Shown here piece by piece: positions 63,746-64,000 of a DNA stretch of 64,000 nucleotides. The stretch's first letter is position 1. Each line of letters begins with the position of its first letter. Source of the DNA: an uncultured Ruminococcus sp. (GTDB lineage Bacteria > Bacillota > Clostridia > Oscillospirales > Acutalibacteraceae); contig CADCCP010000004.1 in NCBI GenBank assembly GCA_902800005.1, forward strand, positions 3,773 through 67,772, in the 5' to 3' direction. Under the pieces are notes generated by a model. That model was given only the letters and a program-made list of their open reading frames with translations, ran no database searches and was not told where the DNA came from. A program made the translations under genes and the position numbers.

Positions 63746-64000
63746 AAACGGTGAAAGTAGGGTTTGCCATGTGCGGTTCATTCTGCACATTCTCAAAAGC
63801 CCTTGAACAAATGGAAATCCTTATAAAACTCGGTTATGATGTCATACCTGTCATGTCGTTCAATGCATACTCGACAGACACACGCTTCGGAAAGGCAAAT
63901 GATATTTGCGATAAGATCAGGGAACTCTGCCAAAAAGACATCATATGCACGATAAAGGATGCCGAGCCGATAGGACCTAAAAAGATAACGGACATAATGC
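63742..64000 (+). CDS. dpaB: dipicolinate synthase subunit B (5' part; runs off the window)
   Basis: MKTVKVGFAMCGSFCTFSKALEQMEILIKLGYDVIPVMS, a flavoprotein-like SpoVFB N-terminus. Confidence 0.82.
   Translation, partial: MKTVKVGFAMCGSFCTFSKALEQMEILIKLGYDVIPVMSFNAYSTDTRFGKANDICDKIRELCQKDIICTIKDAEPIGPKKITDIM

Noticed and set aside
1-64000. Mobile genetic element, prophage or integrative island
   Set aside because: I recognised no transposase, integrase, recombinase, phage structural or conjugation genes. The only tRNA is not flanked by an integrase or by direct repeats resembling att sites.

Overview
Low-GC (about 40% by eye) Firmicutes/Clostridia-type chromosome, probably a spore-forming Oscillospiraceae/Ruminococcus-like organism; that taxonomy is inference from gene content and synteny only. 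The window is mostly core housekeeping. It holds the conserved ruvCAB and xseA-xseB-ispA-dxs-tlyA-nadK-argR-recN block, then comEC-holA-rnmV-rnz, and also tyrS-nusB, glmM, fba, ackA, prs, dpaAB, several ABC transporters and one tRNA-Leu. I saw no rRNA, CRISPR array, transposase, integrase or phage genes. Eight things are worth a second look. (1) A tightly coupled five-gene operon at 48.6-53.8 kb (KAS-III-like condensing enzyme, PaaK/LuxE-like adenylase, MBL hydrolase, 3beta-HSD-type SDR, GT1 glycosyltransferase) has its own consensus promoter and looks like an orphan glycolipid or small-molecule pathway. (2) A dispersed family of intergenic inverted repeats has arms built from tandem 7-nt units (GAGTGGA / GGAATGA / CAATGTG types). 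The purine-rich SD-like arm lies upstream and the pyrimidine-rich anti-SD-like arm sits next to the next gene's RBS, and some copies supply stop codons or RBSs. (3) A radical-SAM plus minimal nucleotidyltransferase gene pair. (4) A PTS Enzyme-I homologue whose PEP-binding/catalytic residues appear substituted, plus an HPr-like mini-protein. (5) A Dabb/zinc-ribbon repeat gene broken by a perfect 47-bp tandem duplication. (6) A tRNA-Leu(UAA) gene with a 16-nt tandem duplication. (7) A sortase-anchored beta-propeller protein with a roughly 500-aa acidic helical insert. (8) An apparently circularly permuted substrate-binding domain in a GlnP-type fusion. All product calls rest on motif recognition by eye, and no database search was run.
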